From: Candidatus Hadarchaeota archaeon
GTDB taxonomy: Archaea > CAYQAE01 > CAYVLA01
Reading direction: 5' to 3'
DNA length: 64,000 nucleotides
Assembly (NCBI GenBank): GCA_964621445.1
Contig: CAZUNO010000002.1
Span: forward strand, 128,001-192,000
Shown in pieces: positions 18,432 through 27,422 of this stretch. Within the stretch, counting starts at the first letter, position 1. Every line of letters begins with the position of its first letter. The notes beneath the pieces are model-generated. The model saw only the letters and a list, made by a program, of their open reading frames with translations. It searched no databases and was not told where the DNA came from. The position numbers and the translations under genes are program-made.

Positions 18432-19547
18432 CTACATGGTTAGTATATCGGGTCGCTCCAGCTCTAGGCCCTCTATCTCATGGGTGACAGTTGGCCACTG
18501 GCCTGTTGAGGTCAGCACCACGGGCCCATCATCGGTTGCTATTATGGTGTCCTCGGTCTTGGTCCCTGTAATTGAGGGATTCCATGCGAAGGCCTGGTTT
18601 GCCCTCACCTTCTCAAGCGAGGAGAAAGTGGCAAGGAAATCCCTGGTTTGATATCCCGTGGGGCCTCCCTGGTGGTGAAGCCTCCATTCATCCTTATACC
18701 CCGACATTGTATATTCCTGAACCGCGGTATTCAGCAGCTGGGAGAGCTGGACGCCTTCCTTGGTGCCCGCGATCAGCGCCGCATCCACCTTGGTACATGC
18801 ATCGTGCTTCTTCCGTAGCTTTTCCGGGATCTGCCCAAAGTGAACTATTCTCGTCGCTGAGGCTATAAGACCCCATTTTCTGCCGCAGGTTACCAGCATG
18901 GCACAGTTCTGAAGCCTCTTGTCCGTGGGTATGGGATGGCGATACTTCTCGATCCGGTCATCGACAGCTATCAGTATCACTGCGGGAACTATTCCCTCTG
19001 AAAGTAAGTTTTTGGCCATCAGTGATCCTATCTCGTTTTCCGTCATCCCCGGCTCCAGTTCCCGGCATGATTTCTCGAGCATCGCCCCGGTTAGTTTACC
19101 GACCTGCCTGTATCTATCGATCTCCTCGGGGGTAAGGCTATAACGCAGGGGAGCGAAATCGTCATCCATCATCCGGGCTCCCTCGAAAGGCACATCAGTC
19201 CCAATATCCCCCGAACCCACAAGATCCCTAACCACTTCAAAGGTCCTATTATCGTGCCAAGGGACCTCCTTGATCTCAAATCCCTGGCCCTCGACCTCCT
19301 CATCTACCATGCGCACGGCCTCGATGCCGCGTGATACGATGAATTTCTCGGTCGGGGTCACCACCGCGGTGCCTACCCCTTTTCGGTTAGTTAACTCCAC
19401 GTGGTTATCGCCGCCGCAGGTGAGCCAAGCGAAGTTCTTGGAGGTCGTAAAACACATTGCCGCCAGATTCTCTTCATTCAAGAAACTGCGAACTTTTTTC
19501 TCCTTCTCCTGGACCTCTTTCATGGAAATTTCCAATCTAACACCCAT
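18432..19547 (-). CDS. M24/creatinase-fold hydrolase, non-canonical (HHQGG type)
   Basis: Pita-bread-fold motifs 'RHPIPT', 'GLIASATR', 'HHQGGPTGY', 'AWNPS', 'KTEDT'. Confidence 0.8.
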   Translation of the reverse strand: MGVRLEISMKEVQEKEKKVRSFLNEENLAAMCFTTSKNFAWLTCGGDNHVELTNRKGVGTAVVTPTEKFIVSRGIEAVRMVDEEVEGQGFEIKEVPWHDNRTFEVVRDLVGSGDIGTDVPFEGARMMDDDFAPLRYSLTPEEIDRYRQVGKLTGAMLEKSCRELEPGMTENEIGSLMAKNLLSEGIVPAVILIAVDDRIEKYRHPIPTDKRLQNCAMLVTCGRKWGLIASATRIVHFGQIPEKLRKKHDACTKVDAALIAGTKEGVQLSQLLNTAVQEYTMSGYKDEWRLHHQGGPTGYQTRDFLATFSSLEKVRANQAFAWNPSITGTKTEDTIIATDDGPVVLTSTGQWPTVTHEIEGLELERPDILTM

Positions 19548-19622
19548 TGTATTCGATCAGATGATTCAACGCTTTGAAGCATGGAGGCCTGGAAATTGAT
19601 ATTAATGTTGCCCAATCAGCTC

Positions 19623-20357
19623 TCACTCTACAGGCTGGCCCGGGATACTATCATCGCCTTCCACTGCCTCATCGACCATCCTTGCTAGAAGGTAAAAGCA
19701 GAGTCCGGTAACCCCTATGGCCAATATCACCAGGAAAGTACCCATCACCGGTATGAATATGGCCACCGCTGCCGCCATGAGCAACGCTCCACCGCCGCGG
19801 AAAAGGTCGTGGTCGAACTCCTTACCTATTCTATAGAGCTCGTATCCCCCGGCTACGCTTCCCCCTAGCTGCATAATCACGTTTAGAACGCCGGCCAGGC
19901 CCAGGACCATCAGCGATCCAGGGATCGAGGTCATGGCTTCCTGGCTCTCCGCGTTCTGGAGGAACTCGATCAATTCCTCCATTGCGCCTGGCAGAACCAG
20001 GTAGCTAACTAGTGTGACTATTCCCAGGATGAGGAAGCAGATGAAGGCTATCAGACCCAGGCTTCTGTCCGTCATCCGCCACAATCCAACGAATCCTAGC
20101 GAAAAGAAAGCATATCCCGCCATCTGGACCCCCGCATAGGGCATTCCCACATCCACGTTCCTTCGGATATCGGGAAGGGCATCCGAAAGCTCGTCGGCCA
20201 TCTGGCTCAGGTTCTGTCCGCTTGTGAAGGCGGTCGAGAGATTTGCCGAACCCATTCCAACATTGGCCGCCGTACTCTGGAGACCCAAACTGCCGAGGAG
20301 TGCTAAAAGGGAGCCAATTGCCCCAATATATAGAAAGGTCGTCTTCTTCATTGCCAT
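19623..20357 (-). CDS. multi-pass membrane protein (DUF973/DUF996-like)
   Basis: About 5-6 hydrophobic segments, 'LYRIGKEFDHDLFRGGG'. Last gene of the ABC operon. Confidence 0.5.
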   Translation of the reverse strand: MAMKKTTFLYIGAIGSLLALLGSLGLQSTAANVGMGSANLSTAFTSGQNLSQMADELSDALPDIRRNVDVGMPYAGVQMAGYAFFSLGFVGLWRMTDRSLGLIAFICFLILGIVTLVSYLVLPGAMEELIEFLQNAESQEAMTSIPGSLMVLGLAGVLNVIMQLGGSVAGGYELYRIGKEFDHDLFRGGGALLMAAAVAIFIPVMGTFLVILAIGVTGLCFYLLARMVDEAVEGDDSIPGQPVE

Positions 20358-20360
20358 CAG

Positions 20361-21008
20361 CTAATTTTCCTTTGATTTCTCATCACTCTTAAGCTTCTTC
20401 ATCCACGCAGGCTCTCCACGACGTCTCTTCCTGGTCTCATTGCGGCGGAACCACCTAACCGCGATACCAATTGCTAGAGGGATGAAGGGCATGCCCACCA
20501 GAGTGGCGTAAGCCTTATCGCTTAAACCAGGTATGACCCGTATCCTCGGGCCTGATATGATGTCTCCTCCTTCAGCGAAAGCTGACCTGTCGCCCATGGT
20601 GTAGTTTCCCCTCACCTTCAACATGTAATAACCTCTCTCGGGTATCCTTATCCTGAATAGGCCCCCTCTCAAGGTTGGACCACGCAAAAGATCCCAGGTC
20701 GTGTTTTCCGCGTCAACTATCCAATCCGGGTTAAAAGCCACGTATGTGTCGTTTGCATCGTCGAACATGAGAACACGAACTCTGATGTTCTCCACCGTTA
20801 GATTCGTGATCTGTAATTTGAAGCCTAGAACAAATTCCTGGTTAAGTTCAAATTTTGGTCCAAGCCCCGCCCCGGTCTCAGGAGAGGTTATGGATATGGA
20901 TACAGGACCCGTTGCCCCGCCAAATTCGCCAGTCTCAGGTCCAACCCTGACCTGCGCCGCTACTCCGGTAAAGGCAATGATCAGTATAAGTAGGCCAAGC
21001 TTCCTCAA
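20361..21008 (-). CDS. hypothetical secreted protein with C-terminal TM anchor
   Basis: Signal peptide, beta-rich domain with several NxT sequons, TM followed by a basic tail. Confidence 0.65.
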   Translation of the reverse strand: MRKLGLLILIIAFTGVAAQVRVGPETGEFGGATGPVSISITSPETGAGLGPKFELNQEFVLGFKLQITNLTVENIRVRVLMFDDANDTYVAFNPDWIVDAENTTWDLLRGPTLRGGLFRIRIPERGYYMLKVRGNYTMGDRSAFAEGGDIISGPRIRVIPGLSDKAYATLVGMPFIPLAIGIAVRWFRRNETRKRRRGEPAWMKKLKSDEKSKEN

Positions 21009-21009
21009 T

Positions 21010-21810
21010 TTATTCTCCCTCCCGCAGGCCCAACACGCAGATGGCGCCCATGATGAAAATTAGGACGTACAATAGAAGTCCAAGAACTCCCAACCAGAGG
21101 TCCGTTCCCTGTTCGAAAACCTGATCCGTTATCATTATGCCGTATCGTATGACCGACAGGTTCCTAAAGGCGTCAAGTATGTCCATGACGGCCTCAAATT
21201 CGGAGAATATACCCCTGGCAACGGATAGGGCCATGAACCCGAAGACCACGGCCAGGCTACCCAAAGCCGACGACTTAACCGTGGAACTAAGGCTGGATAT
21301 GAAGATCGATAAGGCGCTCACAGCTCCAACCACCAGGAAGGTAGAGCCAAACCCCAGCAAAAGGTCGCCCCATTTTACGCTCCCTACCAAGTCCTTGCCG
21401 CCCAGGATGAAGTAGAGGCCGCTGGCTGCAAGTATTCCGAGCCATAAAACCAGTATGGAGAGGTACTTGCCGACGACTATGGAGGAAGCCGACACCGGAG
21501 AGGACCTGATAAGCGGCAGCGTCCTCATTGATCTCTCGGTGACGATCGAGTCCATCGAGAATGCCACGGCGAAGAACAGCCCCAAAAGTGACAACAGGCT
21601 AACCACCATCTGGACTATGGGGCCGGTTCCCATGGGGATTTCGGTTTGGATCCACATGAAAAAGCTAATTCCAACGAAGGATATGGTGGCCATCAAGTAG
21701 GCTCTGAGACTTAGTAATTGGTCTCTGAGTTCCTTCTCCATGATTATGAAAATCGAGGTGATGTCGCTGAACCCGTTGACGATTCTCCTCCTCGACATGG
21801 ACCAAGACAT
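21010..21810 (-). CDS. ABC-2 type transporter permease
   Basis: KELRDQL, 'SIVTERSMRTLPLIRSSPVS...IVVGK', about 6 TM. Confidence 0.88.
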   Translation of the reverse strand: MSWSMSRRRIVNGFSDITSIFIIMEKELRDQLLSLRAYLMATISFVGISFFMWIQTEIPMGTGPIVQMVVSLLSLLGLFFAVAFSMDSIVTERSMRTLPLIRSSPVSASSIVVGKYLSILVLWLGILAASGLYFILGGKDLVGSVKWGDLLLGFGSTFLVVGAVSALSIFISSLSSTVKSSALGSLAVVFGFMALSVARGIFSEFEAVMDILDAFRNLSVIRYGIMITDQVFEQGTDLWLGVLGLLLYVLIFIMGAICVLGLREGE

Positions 21811-21816
21811 GTACCT

Positions 21817-22749
21817 TCACCTTGTGTAACTCATGAATACGTCCTCCAGGGTTGGCTCCCTGAGATCCATTGACAGGAGGCCTCCACCAGCCTCTACCAA
21901 TACCCTGGCCAACTCGGGCCTCTTCTCCAGCGAGGTGTTGGCCTTCACCTTCATCCTCCCCACCTCCGACATGGTGACTTCCTGGACCCAGGATAAGGAA
22001 TTAACCTCGTCTCGAATGACATCCATCGGGGTATCCAATGACAACCTCACGTCTATCACATTAGTCACCCTAACTCCCTCACGAAGATTATCAGGGGTAT
22101 CCAGGGCCACCAGATTGCCTTCATTGATTATGCCGACCTGGTCGCATACCATCTCCACTTCAGGTAGGATATGCGTGCATAGGAATATCGTCCTACCGCT
22201 CTCGCCCAGATCCAATATCAGGTTTCTTACCTCCCTGGTGCCTCTGGGATCGAGCCCTGAGGTCGGCTCGTCTAGTATGAGCAAATTGGGGTCATGTAGA
22301 AGGGTCCGGGCGATATTCAGACGCTGCCTCATTCCCAGGGAGAATGATCTCAATATGAGATCCTTCTCCTCATACAGACTCACTCTCTTAAGGGCCTCCT
22401 TTATCCGTTCCTCGGCATTTCCAATCCTGAAAAGCTTTGAAAAGTAGGTTAGGAATTCCTTGGGGGTCATCTCAGGATAGAATCCAGGTGACTCGGGAAG
22501 ATAACCAACCGTCCTCTTCACCGCCATGTAATCGGAAATAATGTCATGCCCCCAAACGAAAGCTGTACCTGAGGTGGGGCGAATTAAACAGGTCAGCATC
22601 CTTATGGTGGTCGTCTTGCCTGCCCCGTTCGGACCCAGGAGCCCGAAAACCTTACCCTTCTCGACCTCTATATTCATGTCATTTACGGCCCTAAAACCGT
22701 CGAACTCCCTGCTTAACCCCCTGCATTTTACTGCGAGATCGTTATTCAA
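21817..22749 (-). CDS. ABC transporter ATP-binding protein (DrrA/CcmA-like)
   Basis: GPNGAGKT, FSLGMRQR, LDEPTSGLD. Confidence 0.95.
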   Translation of the reverse strand: MNNDLAVKCRGLSREFDGFRAVNDMNIEVEKGKVFGLLGPNGAGKTTTIRMLTCLIRPTSGTAFVWGHDIISDYMAVKRTVGYLPESPGFYPEMTPKEFLTYFSKLFRIGNAEERIKEALKRVSLYEEKDLILRSFSLGMRQRLNIARTLLHDPNLLILDEPTSGLDPRGTREVRNLILDLGESGRTIFLCTHILPEVEMVCDQVGIINEGNLVALDTPDNLREGVRVTNVIDVRLSLDTPMDVIRDEVNSLSWVQEVTMSEVGRMKVKANTSLEKRPELARVLVEAGGGLLSMDLREPTLEDVFMSYTR

Positions 22750-22810
22750 CCCTTATCTCTCCCCCAGGTGAACTTCTTATGTGATTGAATAGGCGTTAAC
22801 CGGGCCCAGA

Positions 22811-22868
22811 CATATAAATAGGCCATAGCTTTATCACATAGAGAGCTATAGCCCAAAAAAGTTTAATA
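22811..22868. promoter_or_regulatory. divergent TATA boxes flanking an inverted repeat (putative operator)
   Basis: Minus-strand TATTTATATG (22811-22820), plus-strand AAAAAAGTTTAATA (22855-22868), and between them the IR GGCCATAGCT...AGCTATAGCC (22821-22853). Confidence 0.45.
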
Positions 22869-22894
22869 CATTTTCGGCAGAGGCATAGCAGGAA

Positions 22895-23323
22895 GTGTTA
22901 AACTTGTCACAGCAAAAAACGGGATCAATGCCTAAGAAATGGATAATAATAGCCACCGTGGCCATCGTTGCGGTTCTGGTCGTCGTTCTTGTCCTTACCT
23001 ATGAACCGCCTGATATCTCGATGAGCATAGATGATGTTGAGAGGGCCAGCGATGGAACGGTCAATCTCACCTTAACCTACACTACAAAGGATGTCAACAT
23101 CACCGGGCAGGACTATCGGGTAAGGATTGTAGGTAGGAGAACCCTGGAGACCACGGAGGAGAAGAAGCAGCTAGTTGAACGTCCTCTCCCTGATATTGGG
23201 CCAGAATCCTCCCAGTCCCAGTCCTTTTCCCTGGAGGCCAAGGGATTCACCGACGTTACCGTCGAGATATGGAAGGGGAATAACAGGGTCCTGCTTAAAA
23301 CCCAAAGGCTGCCAATGACCTAA
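22895..23323 (+). CDS. hypothetical N-terminally anchored extracellular protein
   Basis: KK plus TM helix, then a beta-rich Ig-like segment. Confidence 0.65.
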   Translation: MLNLSQQKTGSMPKKWIIIATVAIVAVLVVVLVLTYEPPDISMSIDDVERASDGTVNLTLTYTTKDVNITGQDYRVRIVGRRTLETTEEKKQLVERPLPDIGPESSQSQSFSLEAKGFTDVTVEIWKGNNRVLLKTQRLPMT

Positions 23324-23564
23324 GCAGCTAATTCTAGGTTCGCCCGGAGAGAGCGATGAGGACGTACTAGCCACCATAGAACCCACAGACGATCTCTCAG
23401 ATATACCGATCCGGGGCCTTTCCCCTTTTCTTCGTTGCCATGGGAAACCTGATAGACGAAATGAGCTTCAATAAGGGAGATCTAAACGGTATCTACAGGG
23501 AACTGGTCATCCGGTCATGGGAACATAACCTAAAGTCTTTCCCTATCTGATTGAGTACGGTAGC

Positions 23565-23833
23565 ATGGTAAATCCCTTATGGAAAAAAGGAGTTCGAAAA
23601 ACATACAAAATCCCTCAAGTGGAACTGATGATATCCACCCGCGTGGATAGGACCTACTACGCAATGCAGCTGGGTTCTCTCATAATTCTGCCCCTGCTGG
23701 TATTCGCAATAGGAGGGGTATCGGGCATCCTGATCATGGGGCCCCTGCTCCTTCTCGGTCTGTAGATCGGAATATCACTTCTCGACTATATCCTTATCCA
23801 GGTAGGGTCCGACTGGCTATCTAAGGGGCTTTA
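23565..23833 (+). pseudogene. possible decayed membrane-protein gene
   Basis: The 66-aa hydrophobic ORF continues hydrophobically past its TAG (IGISLLDYILIQVGSDWLSKGL). No recognisable family. Confidence 0.25.
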
Positions 23834-24976
23834 GAGCTCTCTATGGAAAGTGGATATGCTCTCCCCGCCCATTTCACCATCGAGCACGATGTCCTCAATA
23901 CGCATTCCACCGATGCTTTTCTTTGATATACCCGGTTCCACGCTGTGAAGGTAGTTCTCGTGAAGAATGTCATGAGAGCCCGGTTTGATGAAAGGGGGCT
24001 CGTGGCAAGCTACCCCGATACCATGACCAAGGAATGCCGGGAAGTAATCACCGTAACCGCCCTCCCCTATGACCTCGCGTGCTCTTCCGTCAAGCTCTAT
24101 TGAATCGATCCCATCCCGTATGGCCTCGATTGCCGCCTGTTCAGCTTCAAGTAAGAGGTCCCAGACCTCCTCCTGCTCCTGGCTTGGACTGCCGGCCACC
24201 CAGGTCCTCGTAAGGTCGCACCAGTAACCGTCCACGCAGGTATTCAGCTCGATGAGAACGGCATCGCCGTCCTTCATCCTTCTGGACGAGCAGATATTAT
24301 AGGGCCTGGGGGCCTTGTAGGACTGTGGGCCTGACATGACAAAGGCAAAACCACGGGCGTGTTGGGCCTTTCCCTTGAAACCAAAGCCCTCCTCGTATAT
24401 CTTCGCCTCGCAGGCTGCGGCGACCTCCGTCTCCTTGGTCCCCGGCTCAACCCTCTCGTAGGCCTCCTCGAGACCCTGTGAACAGAGACCAGCGGCCAAT
24501 CTCATGGCCTCTATCTCGCTCTCGGTTTTCTCCTTTCTCATCTCCAGGATCAGATCGGTGGCATCCACCAGCTTGGAGTTCCCGAGAGAGGACTTCAGGA
24601 AATCGAGATGTTGAAAGCCGACATGGGAGTTCTCCACCCCAATCACGTTTCCTGCGATGGTCTCGAATGAACCCTCATACCCCACGGTTCCCCCAACATC
24701 CAGTGATTTAAGAAGGGACCCGGCCTCTTCGTAGGGCTCACCCTCATATATCCTGATATCCGGAGCCCATGCTCTTTCCGTGAACTCCACCTCGTACTCG
24801 GGAGCTAACAATACGATATCCCCTTCGGCGGGGACTATGGAAAAGGACCAGCCTCTTATCGGCCAGTATCCTGAAAAGAAAGTCACGTTCTCCGAGTTCC
24901 TACAGACAAGAAAGTCAATTTCATCTTCCCGTAACATGGACTGTATCCTTTTTACCTTCTCGGTTTCTAGTTGCAT
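23831..24976 (-). CDS. Xaa-Pro aminopeptidase family (M24) peptidase
   Basis: GYWCDLTRT, GHGIG..HEPP, SVEPG, RIED. Confidence 0.9.
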   Translation of the reverse strand: MQLETEKVKRIQSMLREDEIDFLVCRNSENVTFFSGYWPIRGWSFSIVPAEGDIVLLAPEYEVEFTERAWAPDIRIYEGEPYEEAGSLLKSLDVGGTVGYEGSFETIAGNVIGVENSHVGFQHLDFLKSSLGNSKLVDATDLILEMRKEKTESEIEAMRLAAGLCSQGLEEAYERVEPGTKETEVAAACEAKIYEEGFGFKGKAQHARGFAFVMSGPQSYKAPRPYNICSSRRMKDGDAVLIELNTCVDGYWCDLTRTWVAGSPSQEQEEVWDLLLEAEQAAIEAIRDGIDSIELDGRAREVIGEGGYGDYFPAFLGHGIGVACHEPPFIKPGSHDILHENYLHSVEPGISKKSIGGMRIEDIVLDGEMGGESISTFHREL

Positions 24977-25030
24977 GGCTATCCCAAATCCGGGCCTTCA
25001 TACTCAGTTATAAATGGGTCCGCATTCGTT

Positions 25031-25231
25031 CTATGCTATATAATCGGGGCTGGGGCCATCCAGGTCGTATTTCTCAAGACATTTCCTGCACACGCCCATG
25101 TCCATGTCAAAACATTTCATGCAAACCACCTTCCGGCAGCTTTCACATCTTCGGACCTGTCCTTCCTTTAGCCTTGATCCACATATCGGGCAGTTGGAAC
25201 CCCTTTTCCTCTTTCTTACAGCGGGTGACAT
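25031..25231 (-). CDS. small 8-Cys zinc-finger protein
   Basis: Four CxxC pairs (CPIC, CESC, CMKC, CRKC) in 66 aa. Confidence 0.65.
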   Translation of the reverse strand: MSPAVRKRKRGSNCPICGSRLKEGQVRRCESCRKVVCMKCFDMDMGVCRKCLEKYDLDGPSPDYIA

Positions 25232-25270
25232 CTAACCGTGATTATACCCCGTAACCAAAAAGCGTTACTA

Positions 25271-26341
25271 CTATCTGGGGAACTTGCCGTATTTTTTCAG
25301 GGCATTGAACATGGATTGAACGTTCCTTATGGGAACTATTTCCTCTATCTCGCTGCTGGACCCCAGCACATATCCGCCTCCAGGCCCGGCATCGCTTATC
25401 CTGTCTGCTACCTCCTGGGCCACATCGGACACAGTGCCAAGGGGAAGGGTATCGGAACAGTCAATATTACCGAATAGGACAACCCGGTCGCCAATCTTCT
25501 CCTTGACCTTGATCATCTCCATTCCGCAGAAGGGCTCAAGGGGATGTATGCCGGAAATGCCGCAATCCAGGAGATCATCCAATATTGGCCAGAGGTCACC
25601 GTCAGAGTGAAATACGTACTTTATATCATGCTTCCGGAAGGCCCTTACGATCCTCTTCAGGTAGGGAAAGAACATCTTCCTTAGAAGTTCCGGGCGGAGG
25701 AAGGTCCCGTGGTCCGTGCACACGTCCTCCCCGCCAAATACCACCGGTGCTATTTCCTTTTCAGCACATATCTTGGCAAACTTGACATGGGCCTCCCCCA
25801 GGTTCTCTATGTCCCTCTCGACCCGGCGTCTCTCTGAATAGAGAACCTTTGAGAAAAGCATTAGACCCAGACGGTTCTGGGCATAGGCACCTATCCCCGG
25901 AACCCAGTTGCCGTTGTGGTACAGGTAATAGACGGGGTCGATAAGTTCCTGAGTTTCCCGGTAATGTCGACAGGCGTGTTCAGCCATGCGAGCAATCTGG
26001 TCCTCATCCACCTTCTCAATTGGATTCTGGAGAAAATCCTCAACGCTTCTTATCTCTCTTTGAACTATCCATGTGGTGTAGGAATATCTCTTCCGCACTT
26101 TTCCCCCTTCTTCCTCCTCCACCACCCCATCTGGTGAGGCACCCTCTGTACTCATTACAAAGCGCAGGGCATCTATGCCCAGCTCCAAACATACCTTGCG
26201 CCCCGCGAGCATGAGGTCCTTATCACTTAACTCTCCCGCGTAATGCCTTAGCAAGGAGCTGGAGGAGATATTATCATGGGTTGCTACCCGGTCCGTCTCC
26301 TCATGGTTCATTGCTTTCAGGAATCTATCCTTGGGTTTCAT
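25271..26341 (-). CDS. uroporphyrinogen decarboxylase/MtaA-like family protein
   Basis: 'MKPKDRFLKAMNHEETDRV' start, FHSDG, IHPLEP, FGNID, GYVLGSS. Start refined to 26341. Confidence 0.85.
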   Translation of the reverse strand: MKPKDRFLKAMNHEETDRVATHDNISSSSLLRHYAGELSDKDLMLAGRKVCLELGIDALRFVMSTEGASPDGVVEEEEGGKVRKRYSYTTWIVQREIRSVEDFLQNPIEKVDEDQIARMAEHACRHYRETQELIDPVYYLYHNGNWVPGIGAYAQNRLGLMLFSKVLYSERRRVERDIENLGEAHVKFAKICAEKEIAPVVFGGEDVCTDHGTFLRPELLRKMFFPYLKRIVRAFRKHDIKYVFHSDGDLWPILDDLLDCGISGIHPLEPFCGMEMIKVKEKIGDRVVLFGNIDCSDTLPLGTVSDVAQEVADRISDAGPGGGYVLGSSSEIEEIVPIRNVQSMFNALKKYGKFPR

Positions 26342-27323
26342 TGCCCATTTCCCCAATTGAAACCGGTTCTCCATCCAGAGCCGACCTTCGGGTGGCCAGG
26401 GCCATTTCCACCGCCTTGCGACCGTCCTCACCGGTTATCGATGGGTTCCTGTTATTACGTATGCTTTCCACGAAATCCTTCAGCTCCTCCAGGACCCCAT
26501 CCTTTGAAGGTATTTGTTCTCCTTCCAATATCTTCTCCTCTCCACCCTCTTTCTTGTATATGATTCTCTTTTGGCTATTATCATAGAAAAGGGTACCTTC
26601 CCGGCAGAAAACTTCTCCTCTGTATCTACCCATTGTCGAGGATACCGCGGCATTTAAGGTCCCTATGGACCCGTTTTCAAACCTATATGAGGCGAAAATT
26701 GTATCCATAAAATCTACCCCATCGAGAACATACCTTCCACCCCTTGCAAATACCTCTTCAGGCTCGCCGAGGATGTGTCTCATGTAATCAAGTTCATGAA
26801 CGTTTACCTCTAGTAGGATGCCGCCGCAAAGGTCGCGCTTGCACCTCCACCCGCTGGTGAACTTCCAGCTTCCCACCCGCATGACGGCCATGGACATGGG
26901 ACTACCGATTTCATCCTTTACTATCCTTGCCGACTCCTTGAAAATGGGCAGAAGCCTTAGAACCTGACCGGTCATCAGGTTGACGCCGTTTGAATCGCAG
27001 GCATCTATCATTAGGTCGCAGTCCTCAAGGGTTAGTGCCAGGGGCTTCTCACAGAACACGTGAATCCCGGCATCAGCCGCTTTTACGACGTATTCACGAT
27101 GAAGATATCCGGGGGTGGATACGATAACCCCGTCGAGCCCGGGTGTTTGAAGGAGTTCCTTATAATTGGGACATGACTTTCCACCAAACTCCTCGGCAAT
27201 ACGGGTCGAAGAATCTGGATCGACGTCATAAGTTGCCACTAACTCTGCCCCATCAATTTTCACGAGTCTGCGCAGGAGACTATGACCATGCCCTCCGCAT
27301 CCCACTATACCTATTCCTATCAT
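26325..27323 (-). CDS. Gfo/Idh/MocA family oxidoreductase
   Basis: GIVGCG, HVFCEKP, GGILLEVNVHELD. Confidence 0.92.
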   Translation of the reverse strand: MIGIGIVGCGGHGHSLLRRLVKIDGAELVATYDVDPDSSTRIAEEFGGKSCPNYKELLQTPGLDGVIVSTPGYLHREYVVKAADAGIHVFCEKPLALTLEDCDLMIDACDSNGVNLMTGQVLRLLPIFKESARIVKDEIGSPMSMAVMRVGSWKFTSGWRCKRDLCGGILLEVNVHELDYMRHILGEPEEVFARGGRYVLDGVDFMDTIFASYRFENGSIGTLNAAVSSTMGRYRGEVFCREGTLFYDNSQKRIIYKKEGGEEKILEGEQIPSKDGVLEELKDFVESIRNNRNPSITGEDGRKAVEMALATRRSALDGEPVSIGEMGNETQG

Positions 27324-27422
27324 CCTTACACCTTGTCGCCAACCGTTTCCGGCTAGATGCCAAGCGCTGCGGACGGCCCTTCTTTAGTATGTTGCTTTCA
27401 TCACTTGGCCAAACCCGATTAA

